Assembly (NCBI RefSeq): GCF_006345805.1 | Contig: NC_042997.1 | Span: 138,446,001 to 138,510,000, forward strand | DNA: 64,000 nucleotides | DNA from: Octopus sinensis | Lineage: Eukaryota | Reading direction: 5' to 3' | Shown: piece by piece, positions 1-12,545 of the stretch | Numbering within the stretch: the stretch's first letter is position 1 | How the letters are laid out: each line of letters begins with the position of its first letter | Program-made: the position numbers and the translations under genes | Notes under the pieces: model-generated | What the model was told of the DNA's origin: nothing | The model's database searches: none | Seen by the model: the letters and a program-made list of their open reading frames with translations, nothing else

Positions 1-1591
1 TTTGCCTATCAAAAGCTTCAACTGGATAGGAAAGTGGATATGGGTTTACTTACTAATCACCACCTAGAATGTTTTCAGTAACAATACATTCCATTTCTTG
101 CTTAAAAACCAAATTATCTGTTCTTAATAATGATCCATGCCTTGTTTTCCATATCCCATCAGCTAGACTGTAGTTATTCAACTATTATCTAGACTCCTGT
201 ATATATATATATCTATATTGGTTTGTTATTTGTTTGTTAGTTTTTTTCCTGTTTTGTTTGGACAGAGCATCTCAGTATATAGATGCCCTTACGACTGCTC
301 CTAGACAGTCTTTGTTTTTTACAGAAAGAATTTAAAAAGAATAACCATTCAATTGTATATACACTGTTCTAGCTCGCTGTTATTTTGTAATATATCTTCG
401 AATAAAGAGTTGTTTTCTTTATTTTTGTTGTTCTATAGTATATATTTCATCCAAGGCTTTTTTTTTTTTACTCATACATTATAAACTAATAATATATAAA
501 ATTATGTGGAATCGTTGAGAAAATGTAATACCTATCGTAGCTGAATTGAAAGTATAGAGAAGCAAAATGGAGATGAGACATGAGAGAGAGAGAGAAAAAA
601 ATGTGTACATGTTTCAATGAGCATTTATTGATGTCTAAATGAAGGTGTTCTGTCTATGTTCTTCAAAGGCAGAGAGCAAGCTGTTTGCCTACAAAATTCA
701 AGCTTTATAACTCTTCAGTATACTGGCCAAGAAACAAAGGGAGAAGAGTTAGGAGCTGTTCCAGGAAATTTAGTTCTTTGCAATGAAGAACAAAGGCAAA
801 ACATAACTTCTTGTGGGTAGGAGGACTCATTGAAAAGTGTTTTAGCAACACAGTCTTTGAGGTTTATTCACAGATTTTTGGAATTTGAAAAATAAAAGAT
901 AAACATGGAAGACACTAATATAGGAAATATTTACTATTTCACCAATTATATTTTATTTTTATATTTAATTTTAATCATTTTTTAAAATTTATTCACATGT
1001 ATTAAGTCAATACTTGTTTAAAGTCCAAAAAATAAATTGTAGCCTAAGTTTGTACATTTTTTAAATATTTATTTTACTTTATTTTTTTATTTTTTGCTTT
1101 TTGGGGTGTGTAAAAGTAGTGGAGAAGGTTTGAAAGACTTGTCCAGATTAGGGTATTTTTGCAATAGTGGTCCAGCATTCCAACCAGTTGTCATGGTATT
1201 TTCACGGTTAAAAAAACCTTGAAAATATTCTGGAAAGAAGCACCCCTAAATGTTCCATTGGGTTATCAGAAGTCGAGATCTACCAAATGGTATAAACAGG
1301 GTATCTCCAACAAGAAACGAGGCACTAGCTTTACATGTCTCCAACATAGTCTCTCACAGCACCACAGTCACAGACAGTTGCAAGAAGGACCAGAGCTTAG
1401 AGAACATCAACCACACTTCAATGGCTTCCTCAGCTTTATAACGTCAATTTTTGATTAGTCAATTATATTTTTGAAAAAAAAAACAAAAATAATTACAAAG
1501 AAAAAAAAAACAGCAGCAACAGTGATGGTTGTGTTCTAGCATGTAGTTTTCTCAAATCTCCTCAGCTGAGAACGGAGTGGGGAGGTCTATA

Positions 1592-2185
1592 TCAAAGGTG
1601 TCTGTCAGGCTGGAAGCTGTAGACATTTGCCTCATTAGGCATTCGAGTACTGGGAGAAGAAACTAGAGAGTAATTTCCAAGTCGGTCAAATTTTTGGCCT
1701 TGTGGATTTTGACTGTCACTGGATAGCTTTGGCTGCAATGTTGATGAAGAGGGGTTCTTTGTGTGGGGTTTGGAACGTGAAGGATGACTGTGTCCTTCCA
1801 AATAGCTATAATGGTTAAGATTTGAATGTCCATTGGACTCCCTCAGGGTTTTCATAGAAGGAAGAGGAATTTTCTTGTTCACAGAGAGAGCGAGAAAGCT
1901 GCTGTTGGTTGTTGAGTGAGAATGATAAAAGGATGATGGACTCTCTCCATTGTATATGGTTATATTTGGTGGGGGGCAGAAAGCCTGACAGTCTATTTTA
2001 TGGGACCGGTCACATGATTGTAGTAATCTTTGACTAGTCAGAAATCCCTCTTCTCCATCTTCAGAGATTGGGATACTAGGAGGGAGACCTAATTCATTGT
2101 CTGTCCTTATGGATTTTAAACGTGTTTGTTTTTCTTTATATGATGCTATTGCCCGTTGCTCCTGGGTTGGAATTCCAGAATAATC
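1592..2185 (-). CDS. Terminal coding exon (cytoplasmic tail) of a CUB-LDLa single-pass membrane protein
   Basis: Acceptor tttttacatttcgtttcag|GAT at 2185, phase 0. Open 197 codons DYSGIPTQEQRAIASYKEK...NVYSFQPDRHL to TGA at 1592-1594. Extends ORF-track 1592..1882 upstream. Phase matches the TM exon donor. Confidence 0.85.
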   Translation of the reverse strand, partial: DYSGIPTQEQRAIASYKEKQTRLKSIRTDNELGLPPSIPISEDGEEGFLTSQRLLQSCDRSHKIDCQAFCPPPNITIYNGESPSSFYHSHSTTNSSFLALSVNKKIPLPSMKTLRESNGHSNLNHYSYLEGHSHPSRSKPHTKNPSSSTLQPKLSSDSQNPQGQKFDRLGNYSLVSSPSTRMPNEANVYSFQPDRHL

Positions 2186-3326
2186 CTGAAACGAAATGTA
2201 AAAACCGTTTTAAGAATTGTAAATAAGAGAAAGAACAAAAAGAGGACATGTAAACCAATTAATTATTTTTAAACCAAACAATTTTACTATTAATATTATT
2301 ATTATTATTATTATTATTATACCTTTAAAAAATTCCCCCAAATTATTATTAAATTGAGTTTTTAATAGTTTACAGAGTTTAGCTTCAGCATCTATAATAA
2401 GAGTTATTGTATTCCAACAAGTTTGAACTACTTCTGAGTATTCTTCAAGTAAATCTCTTTAAACCATTCTTGGTTCCTTAGACAATGTGGTGGTTAACTT
2501 TATTAATTAGAAGTTAACAGAAAAGGTTTCAAGTATTTCACTACACTGCATAGTAACTTGGGGTGAATAGACATTAGACATTTGCCAATGTTTCATCTAC
2601 TTCTAGTTAAATGAATGTTAGCATGGCCTAAAGTAGTAAAACACTTCATTTTGGAACCTCTAAACTTGGTCTAATCAGAGCATGGATTTATCAATATCAA
2701 AATATATAAAACTTACTAGTTCAACCTTTAAGCAAATTGCAATGCCAAAACTAAGATGTAAAAACAAGTGTTAACATTAGAAGTATTCAATTTCGTAGTC
2801 TAAATTGCATACCATCTTAAATATAATCAAGAGTTCTCTTCCAGATCTTATTTGATTCCCAACAGAACTGGTGCTGTTTATCTTAGGATTGTCTTTGGAT
2901 AAGAGAACACGATTACAGAAAAAGAGAGTATTGTAATAACACATAGATTAGTAAAATTTTTTAATTGAATCTTGCTTCATTGATCACATCTAGTTCTTTG
3001 GCAACTTGATACAATGTCAGGTTTGATGCTCTTAAAGAAATTTTGTTAATTTGTCAGTAGTAAACTACTTTCATATTGTACAAGTGAAGACACAATGTCT
3101 TTAACATATATATACATACATCAAACACATTGTTGCCCCCTACTTTTCAATGTGGAAAATAATTAATGCACATTAGAATGTGAGCTGTTTATTGGCTCTA
3201 CTCGAGACATTGTCATGAACGATGGTTTAATTCTACAGATCTAGTTGTTTCTGACTTGCTGAAAAAGCTAAACAAAGATCAAAGAAGATGGTAAAGAAAC
3301 CCAGCACAGGTAAGGATTCAGCCTAC

Positions 3327-3508
3327 CTCTGAGCAGGTCATTTGAGAGTTAGGATGTAAATTTTCATGCTCTGAAGTTTTAGTGTGAGAGCTGTCTCCTC
3401 GACATAGCCACGGTGCTGTCCGGCAATGGCAGATGCCAAGTAGTACCACCCCAAGTATACACACCACAATTATTATTACAACAACAAGTGGCATTATAGT
3501 AGAAGTGC
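3327..3508 (-). CDS. Transmembrane exon of the CUB-LDLa protein
   Basis: Acceptor ttttttttccag|GC (phase 1), donor GAG|gtaggc (phase 0), 182 nt. Encodes TSTIMPLVVVIIIVVCILGVVLLGICHCRTAPWLCRGDSSHTKTSEHENLHPNSQMTCSE with a ~22-residue hydrophobic helix. Not in the ORF track. Confidence 0.88.
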
Positions 3509-5224
3509 CTGGAAAAAAAAAAAAAGACTTGTTAAATCTGCAGTGGGAATTACTGTGATGAAGGGACAGTTACTAAGAAGGCGAGTGATAAAAGCTTAAG
3601 GAAAGGGCGGGGGTCATCCATATTATCATAATGAGAGATAATAATGACAATATATAAGTATATATATATATATATGGCTGTATAAATTTCATTTGAAGAA
3701 AATGTAAAATCATTTTATCTAAGTTCAAATAAATATGTTATATTTTAAGCATCAATCATATACCTTTCTTTTGATCAATTGACACTTCACTTAGCAAACA
3801 CAATGATGATTACATTTTCCCAAATGTTATGGTTAATGTTACTGCAATAAAAACCTATATGACAAACATTTACAATACCTCTATCCAATGAAACACTAAC
3901 ACACACACACTCCCATTTTAACCTAATTACTACCAAATGAGACACTTTTACTTTTTCACTGAATAGGATACTCATAATTACACTCTATCCTTTGCCATGG
4001 AGTATCATTAAATCTTCACCTATGGAACTGCTAATGGACCTTAGCATTCAAAAATAATACAATCACTTAAATTCAAGAAGCTACAACCAAACACTTTATT
4101 TGGGCCACATCATATCTTTACCTTCCATAAACTATACTATATAGAATAATCAAATGTCTTCCAATGTCTAACTATCAAAGTGGAGCTCATCACTCTCCCC
4201 TTCTAAACAGGTCTTACCACTTTTCAAAACTGTTCAAGCAGAGATCACTATAGTTTTCCTACAACAACCCTAATTATCAATATTGCTGATGAAACCCACC
4301 ACCAGGCTGTTTAACTTGTCTTAAATATTTTATAATCTAAGACATTGAACTCTTGTCTCACAGCTCTGCCTTTTGAAGTCCTCTCTCTTCTCTTCATTTT
4401 ATACTTTCCACTCAAACTTTGTGTATAAGAGTAACAGTTACAATAAAATGAAATATGTATGAAACAGATTCCTTTACCCTTACTCAATGACTCACATATA
4501 TCACTACATCTTTACCCAATAATAACACCATTTTCAGTTAACTGTATTAGCATCAGCCAGCTACCCATAACCTTCTGTCACCCCAACACTATTAACACTG
4601 TCCTTTCTGCTAGTAAAATATATAAAAGAGCTACAAAGACACGAGCTGTTTGCTGTACCTTGCATACCCTAATATGTGTAGCGGGCAGCACCAAGACTGG
4701 TCTTTGTACATTCATGACTAATGCATGTACTGGCCAAAGATGATTAGTTCTTGATATGACCCCCCCCCCCCCCATACACACACAACTGATCATAGTGTCG
4801 TTTTCACTAGAGTTTATTGTCTACCCTGGTATCTTGCCAGAAGAATTGGGTGACTTAAATAGATCTAAGTAGGGTTATATAGTGAAGAACTTTGGTTTGC
4901 AACTATATAAGTTTTTCATTTAATCCCACTAAGCACCATCTTCAGGAAATGCTTTCCATCATAGCCTTGGGTTGACCAAAATCTTGTAAGAAGAATTTAG
5001 TTAAGAACTGAATGGAAACCCATCAAAGGAACTGCTCTTGCTTTTTTTGATGGCAAACTTAACCAGTCACATGGTTTTATACAACCATCGTGCCCCAGGG
5101 TGCATTTAGCAGACTGCACACTGTTGTAGACTTTCATATCAGGTCTGAAGATAACTTCCTCTTTTCTTCTCACCTGTCACTGAAAAAGGTAATAGGCTAT
5201 ATCCTTTCTCTCTTGACTAACTCG

Positions 5225-5445
5225 TTAACCAGTTAGCATTCAGATTACTTGGTCAAATGTTATGATTATTATTTCATTTTGTTTTAAATTAATTATGTAT
5301 TATCTCAAAGCTTTAAGATTTCAATGATGTAACTGTTTATTTCTAGGATAACATTGCAGGGTAGGTGTGAGAGGCCAGATTTGGCCAGTTCAAATATAAA
5401 ACAGGTAGAATATTTCGCTCAGACATTGATACAACTAGTATGTAT
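5225..5445 (+). mobile_element. MITE family P1 copy (3' end degraded)
   Basis: ttaaccagttagcattcagattact...ggccagatttggccagttc, matching 5868-6088. Confidence 0.65.
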
Positions 5446-5867
5446 AAAGCACAGACAAAAGTGGAATATACTCTTCTAGCCTGAGTCAGTCAGAAGTTTT
5501 ATGCTATGTTGCAGGGAGTCAAGACAAAACAATTTGCAGTAGTCATGGGGAGAGGAGAGAAGGAGTGTGTTAGAGAGAGAGAGAGAGGGAGAGTGTATGT
5601 AAGAGAGAGGTAGAGGGGTGATGACTGAAATGATCTAAAGAATTAAGACAGTTAAGGTATCTCAGCTCAAGTTTACTGAAACTAAGCACTGGTCAATGTA
5701 AACAGGAGAGACAACTCTTATTGCCTGGCCATGTAACATGGAGAAATGACGTATACGATGGTTGAAGTGCTCGTAGCTGTTGGTGAAGAGAAAAGGCTAC
5801 ATGAATTAAAGCTAGATCAAGATAGATTGGAAGGAAATAGAATAGTCCTTAGAAGGTTTGGTTTCAC

Positions 5868-6088
5868 TTAACCCTTTAGCACTCAGTCAAATGTAATGCT
5901 TATTTATTCATGTTGTTTTGAATTTCATCATGCATTAATCTTGTAGCTTTGAGATTTTGATGATGTGATTGTTTAGTTTTAGAATGACATTGCAGGATAG
6001 GTGCAAGAGGCAAGATCTGGTTTGTTTGGACATACAGCATGTAGAATATCCGGGCTGGATATGGTTGGTTTAATTGCTAAAGTATTAA
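5868..6088 (+). mobile_element. TTAA-flanked piggyBac-type MITE, family P1
   Basis: ttaaccctttagc...tgctaaag-ttaa ends. Body repeated many times in the window. Confidence 0.75.
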
Positions 6089-6742
6089 GAGACAATGAAG
6101 GCAAAATGTCAGAGAAATATCAATGGGATGAAGATGATAATTTGGAACAACAAAGTTTGAAATTTCAGATATCTGTACACAATATTTGAAAATATTTATA
6201 GAAATAAATGTGATTCCTGATTGTATCAGTTTAACTTGGACAGTTATTTTTGTGTTAGACTGACTAAAGAAAATAATGAATGGGTGCCTAGTGTACAGAA
6301 AAAGCCACACAGATGATCATAACAAGAGAAAGGTTTGGTAAATCAAAAGAATAGCAAAAATTAGTTCTTTTAACACATTCTGAAGCTAAAGCTAAAGCTA
6401 AATCAAATTATAACAGTACAAAGGACTTACTTTCTCAATTTAAGAATAGATGAAAATAGCAATACAAGTCCTGATATTAATAATTTGATAAGTTTTATAA
6501 CATTTTGGAGGTTTCCTTTGAGATTTGTAAAATTTGATCCTCCAGCTTGCAGTCAGAACAAATGACCACAAAGAAATGTGAGTGTATGTCTCCTACTCAA
6601 GCCTTTTACATTCCAAATTATAAAACACGAACTGCTTAACTAATCTAGCTTTTGTCTTCCACCTTAAGTATGGGGGAGTTAAGGACACCGAGAGAGTTGC
6701 CGCTTGCTTAATTTTGCTATTTAGACTCTTTCTCAAATTCTC

Positions 6743-6967
6743 TAACCCTTTAGCGTTCAGATTACTCTGTCAGGTGCAATGCTTATTTATTCACATCAAT
6801 TTAAATTAGTCATGCATTATCTTGCAACTGAAATTTCAATGACGTGAGCATTTATTTTTAGAATAATATTTTTGGCTAAGTGTAAGAAGCCAGATCCGGC
6901 CAGCTTGGACATATAACAGGTAGAATATTTGGGCCACATACAGCCAGTTTAAATGCTAAAGGGTGAA
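6743..6967 (+). mobile_element. MITE family P1 copy
   Basis: taaccctttagcgttcagattactctgtc...aaatgctaaagggtgaa. Confidence 0.75.
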
Positions 6968-8173
6968 TGTCTTTAAATCACCAACTATGCTTAAGCATAG
7001 TTGACCAGAGTTAATCAACAGTAGTAATGGAAAAAAATAAAGAAAACTCAACTAAATTATATTGAAATCAGAGAGAGAGAGAGAGAGTGGGGGGGGGGGG
7101 AGAAATAGCTAGTGAGTGTTTCTATGTTCTAAATGTCTAATAGGGCAGCTAAAAATAGAATCTGTCATACTACAAGCAAGGATTCCCAAACTGGTTGCTA
7201 CAGACCACCACAGGAAAATGGATGTGCTGGGGGTAAAAAGAATGGTTAGTTACCAAATGAGATGGAAGTCAATAAAATTCTAATGAAATCCTATATAATC
7301 CATGTCTTGAGGAAAAGTTCTCGGAATCAGAGCAGCTTTCTCATGTTATGATAGCACAAACATATTTTTCTTTTACTTGTTTCAGTCATTTGACTGCGAC
7401 CATGCTGGGGCACTCCCTTGAAGGGCTTTAGTCAAACAACTCAACCTCAGGACTTATTTATGAAGAACATATTCATAATTTCTTCCAATAATAACATGGC
7501 ATTTTGTTTTTTGACAGAGAGCTTGAATTCATTTAGCTCTTGCACTCTTGAGACCAGCTCATGATTAGTTGAAACTTGAAATCCCAGATATATGGTAAGA
7601 CAAAATTCATATTCATTTTAATATGCCTTGGTTACTGATTTACAGAAGTACTCTGTTTGTTAGGTATATTATTACCTACAAACTAATATATTTTTAGGAT
7701 AGTGTCCTCACCTTGTTTTGTTAGTCACGATATTTTGGCTATTGTACCCTCTAGCTTTTTTGGGGTGCCTGTTGTAGTTGGTAACATTTTTGAAATTTCA
7801 AACCAAACTTTTTGTCAAATTATCGGAAATAGATAGTTCTTATTTCATTATCCATACTAAAGGAATATTTTCCTATTAGCTGCAGTTATTCTTGTGATGT
7901 CATCTGCCTTTTCTGCTTGAACCAGAGAATACCCTCACCCCATATATATTGTGGTAAGGCTTCAAATGTGTGGAAAAGCACTTGATCAACTAAGAGAGTA
8001 AAGATAATGTTATAATACATATATATACATACATATACTGTTTGAATGACCCAAGGTTTGAATTCATGCCCATTAGCTAAACAACTACACTCAATACTTG
8101 ATCAATACTTATATTCACCATTCCTGTGTCCCATAGAGTTTTAAACCTAACTGTTTTCTATAGCGATAGTTTA

Positions 8174-8335
8174 ATGCTTTAGCATTCACATTATTTAAAA
8201 TTAATCATGCATTATCTCATAGCTTTAATATATTGATGATGTGATTGTATATTTTTAAATTGGCATTGAAGGTTAGGTGTGATAGGCTGGATCTAGCTGC
8301 TTAGAACATAAACCAGGTAGCCCGGTTTAAATGTT
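8174..8335 (+). mobile_element. MITE family P1 copy (degraded)
   Basis: ctttagcattcacattatttaaaattaatcatgcattatctc...cccggtttaaatg. Confidence 0.55.
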
Positions 8336-8345
8336 TTTTGTCATA

Positions 8346-8599
8346 GAGTTCTATATGTAAGAGATGAGGAATTATGTACATTATTTACATTTGACAGATA
8401 TTTTCCCTCATCTTGTTAACACGTTTTGGCTGATATACCCTCCAGCTTTCATCAGGTTTCTTGGGGGTAATTTTGAACCTGGGTTCTCATTCCTAAGGTA
8501 TTTTTTGATGTTGTTATTATTATTCAGGTCACAGTCTGGAATCAAACTCGGTATCTTGGGGTTAGTAGCCTGTGCTCTTAACCACTGCACCATATGCCC
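8346..8599 (-). mobile_element. tRNA-headed SINE-like element carrying a decayed hammerhead ribozyme
   Basis: Minus strand: GGGCATATGGTGCAGTGGTTAAGAGCAC (A box, D-stem GTGC/GCAC)...CCGAGTTTGATTCC (B box), then (AAT)n, then aagaaacCTGATGAaAGCTGgagggtatatCAGCCaaaacgtgtt, then tail aagatgagggaaaatatctgtcaaatgtaaataatgtacataattcctcatctc. Confidence 0.75.
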
Positions 8600-8634
8600 A
8601 TGGGCAATTATGGAGTGAATTTTAGGGCTTATAG

Positions 8635-8810
8635 TGATTCCAGACAGTGACCTGAATAATAATAATACCAAAAAATACCTTAGGAATGAGAACCCAGGTT
8701 TGAAATTTCCCCAAGACATCTGATGAAGGCTGAAGGGTATATCAGCCAAAACATTGTGTTAACAACAAACAAGATGAGGACAAATATCTGTCAAATGTAA
8801 ATAATGTAAA
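8635..8810 (+). mobile_element. Second, 5'-truncated inverted copy of the hammerhead SINE
   Basis: tgattccagacagtgacctgaataat...aagacatCTGATGA(8720-8726)aGGCTGaagggtatatCAGCCaaaacattGTGTT...aagatgaggacaaatatctgtcaaatgtaaataatg. Reverse complement of 8364-8545. Confidence 0.75.
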
Positions 8811-9202
8811 TGGTGGTCATCTCTCTACTAGGTCTACTGAGAAAGTTACCAAATTCTCAGTATATACAACGATTCTTTCCAGTGTTATCCCCTATCTATT
8901 ATATTGACTTAATTCCAGTCCACAAGGTTTGGTAGTATTCCTTTTCTCCCCATAAATGATCAGCCATGCCTGATTTCCCTGTCTCTCCTGTGGGTTATGG
9001 CTTTTATGATGTTCTTGTCTTAATTTTAGTGGGTGATTGACATCACCTTTATCTCTATTGATACAACTCCATGAGATAGTATACACATTGTTTTGGGTCA
9101 TGATCCCATCTGATGGAGAGGTGTCCCCAAAGTTTCTGAATTCTATCCAGATGTTTTTCAATATACTGCTAATATAAAGCAGAGAAACTTTATCTTCTAT
9201 CT

Positions 9203-9400
9203 TTCACTTACTTTGGTCTTTGGACTGTGGCTATGCTAGGGTACACCTTGAAGGGTTTAGTTGAACAAATAAATCCCAGTATTTATTTTCTAAGCCTGGT
9301 ACTTATTGTATTAGTCTCTTTTGCTGAACTGCTAAGTTACAAAGACATTAACAAACTAACATTGGTTGTCAAGTAGTGGTGAGGGACAAACCCAGATATG

Positions 9401-9467
<67 letters not shown>

Positions 9468-9669
9468 AAATAAGCAACAAGTATATCTTCAGTAATTTGG
9501 TACAATTGTTTCATGCTACTTCATTGTATTAAACATTGTAAGTATTACATCAGTTTTAAAATGTTGAGCAATCTTCAGCCATTTATAGAAGTCTTCCATC
9601 AAACGGACAAATACATATACTTATTTCCATTTCGCTTGCCAACATTATAAAGAGAGTAGATATACAGAG

Positions 9670-9723
<54 letters not shown>

Positions 9724-9907
9724 TATAATTACATATATGTATATGCTGAACTTGCCAGTTTCCATTTATCAAATCCACTCACAAGGCTTTGGTCAGCCAG
9801 GGGCTATAATGAATGATACCCACCCAAGATGTTGCACAGTGGGACTGAACTCAAGATCACATGATTGGGAAGCAAGCTTCTTACCTACATAGCTATGCCT
9901 TTGCCTG
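9203..9907 (-). mobile_element. SINE family A, older copy with expanded middle
   Basis: 3' part at ~9203-9390 and 5' part at ~9740-9907, separated by (TA)n and other sequence. Confidence 0.7.
9403..9465. repeat. (TA)n microsatellite
   Basis: Pure TA tract of about 30 units. Confidence 0.95.
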
Positions 9908-10132
9908 TGATAGTTTTTGACTAACACCTTTGACACCCCCCACCACCACCTGTCTTTTTGCTCTTGAAAGCTGATGGTATTTTCTTATCCTGACTATGTC
10001 TTGTTGCTATTTTATGAGTTTTACTAGAGTTCTTTCTTCATGTTGTATGGATGGTGAGAATTCAAAGTTCTTGTGATGGCTGGCAAACAGAGTTAATAAA
10101 AGGTTTGCTTTCTAAATTCTGAGACCATCATA

Positions 10133-10207
10133 GGATATGACACACCTAAAGAAAGCCAGAAGGTACCAACAGCTGAAATGTGACTACAGTAACTAAGATG
10201 AGGACAA
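10133..10207 (+). mobile_element. Diverged relative of the hammerhead-bearing repeat
   Basis: gacacacCTAAAGAAAGCcagaaggtaccaaCAGCTGAAATGTG...aagatgaggacaa aligns by eye to gacacCTGATGAAGGCTGgagggtatatCAGCCGAAACGTTGTG...aagatgaggacaa. Confidence 0.5.
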
Positions 10208-12224
10208 CAGACTATATGGATCAGTGTGAAATAATAATTCTTTGTCAGAAATTTATATATGTGTATTTTCTTTTACTGGTTTCTACCACTGAACTGAAGC
10301 CATGCATAACATAAACTTGTCAAATCACTAAGTTAAACTTTCTGACTGACACTCCCAGCCTTTTTTTTTTTTTTTACATAACCTCACACCATAGTTTCAG
10401 ATAGTTTCCATCTACCCAATTTTGCTTACAAGGCATAGGGTGATTTGAAGTTATATGTGAAAAATCACCTATTATACTTAAATCATTTATATTGTAGATT
10501 TAACAAAATGCAGAAACAATAACAAGCTAAACACTTTAAATATAATTCAAGTTTGAACTCTTATTCTAAGATTACAGATCTTCTTCAGGTCACAGGAATT
10601 TCCACTATTTCTCAAACATATCACAACTAGAATAAGAAACTAATGAAAATATTTCATACAGCAACCTACATATCTATACAACCCATCATGAAAAATTTTA
10701 AAGTTTAAGAGGATCTTGAGAATATGCAGATAACTAACTAGACTGTTTCTCCAATCTTTGTTAAAATAACAATATAAATAGTTAAACTAACAACAGGAAT
10801 GAGTTGAGATGAACACAGACTTTGACACAGAAACATTGACCACATATATATATATATACATACATGCTTAAGTGATTTCTGGAATAATGGAAAGATTGCA
10901 ATCCAATATCTAAATCTTAGAACAGCTGCTGACACACGTTACTTACATTTCCCAAGTGGTCAAAATTGAATTTAAACATAAATGTATTAAGTAAAAAAAG
11001 AAACAGACTTCATCTTAATATTCATGCTATTGGCCATCTACCTAATTATGAATGTAAATGTCTTCAATTAAAAGATATTTTATCTTTTTTATTTCATGTC
11101 TGCTGCATCAATAAGACAACCTACTTGATCTTATTTTTCTCTGAATAATTCTTGACACTTTGTTTCTTTATCACTGACTATACTATAGCCTGTAAGGTAT
11201 TTTTCTTATTGTAAAAGGACACATTTTACCAGCAAGCCACAATGCTATAAATATTCAGTTTCTATTCAGATATATTAAACTAGAAATATGAAAATGCAAT
11301 TTATCGACAAAAAAAAAAAGGAAAAAAAAAAGAGCTTACTGGAAAACTAACTTCATTTGGCAATTTGTATTTACATGAATAAATTCAAAATTGGATTTTG
11401 GCTCTATTTATACTCATAAAAATCAATCAATTATCAATTTGCATCAGCAGCAAGGTATGATCTACCAACATTTTGACACAGAAAATAAAGTGGCCAACAT
11501 TTTTTGGAATAAGTTTTGAATTTTCAGTATAATTTCATTTCAACTGTAAAGTGAATGCATTCTTTTGATTTCCAACAATGAAGTATTTGAAATGTTCACA
11601 TATGCATTATTGTTGATAAACTCCAAGAATACCACAATATTTTACTGAAAATGTGATGATGTGGAGTGGGGGAATGGAGTGCTCATCAAGGCTCTATAAG
11701 AGCATGATATAGTTGACAGATTTAAAATTTGGGAACTTCTTTGGTAACGGATTTGGAATAATGGATGTTATGATGAGATAAATACAGTCCAAATGTTTGC
11801 ATGAAGTTGTACTTTCAAGTGATTCTAATGCAAACATCTACTAAGAGCCACCCATATTCCATGGGTTCTTGAGTTTGTATTACATGGCAGACATGGTGTT
11901 ATATATCTTTAGGTCCATAAAACTACAGGTATCAATTCACCTGGGAGATAAACCTATGATGACCAAGCCAATTAGGGAACAGCTAGCATGGCCAACTACA
12001 AATTGCTGCCAAATCCCTCACAAACCAACCTTGAAAATCATGAAAACATACATGCTGTTTAATGCAGTTTGGGGTACGTTGAAACAAGAAATACTGAGGT
12101 AGCTATGGTCATACGACGATAGAAAGTATCCGGCCAAGAGGGAGATTAACCTCATGGATCTTCTTGCAATAAACCAGCATAGTGTTAAAAATAGAAAGAC
12201 AGCATTTCCTGAGGGATCTAATCT

Positions 12225-12545
12225 ATCATCATCATCGTTTAACGCCGACTTTCCATGCTAGCATGGGTTGGACGATTTTGACTGAGGGCTGGCGAACCAG
12301 ATGGCTGCATCAGGCTCCAATCTTGATCTGGCAGAGTTTCTACAGCTGGATGCCCTTCCTAACGCCAACCACTCCGAGAGTGTAGTGGGTGCTTTTACGT
12401 GCCACCGGCATGGGGCCAGTCAGGCGGTACTGGCAATGACCTTGCTCGAATCTTTTGCACATGCCACCGGCACAGGTGCCAGAAAGGCGATGCTGGTAAT
12501 GATCACGCTCGAATGGTGTCTTTTACGTGCCCACATGCATACACA
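12225..12545 (-). mobile_element. SINE-like family B with (CAT/GAT)n tail
   Basis: catcatcatcgtttaacg...catgctagcatgggttggacg...ctggatgcccttcctaacgccaaccactcc...gtgcttttacgtgccacc tandem units. Confidence 0.85.

Noticed and set aside
410-1100. Multiple AATAAA signals on the minus strand
   Set aside because: Too frequent in this AT-rich sequence to pick the real poly(A) site.
1219-1458. Plus-strand 79-aa and 63-aa ORFs, and a long minus frame with two stops
   Set aside because: No recognisable motif or splice context. The region lies in the probable 3' UTR of the minus-strand gene.
10560-10600. Minus-strand CTGAAGA-AGAT...ATCT as a hammerhead
   Set aside because: No GAAA follows stem II.
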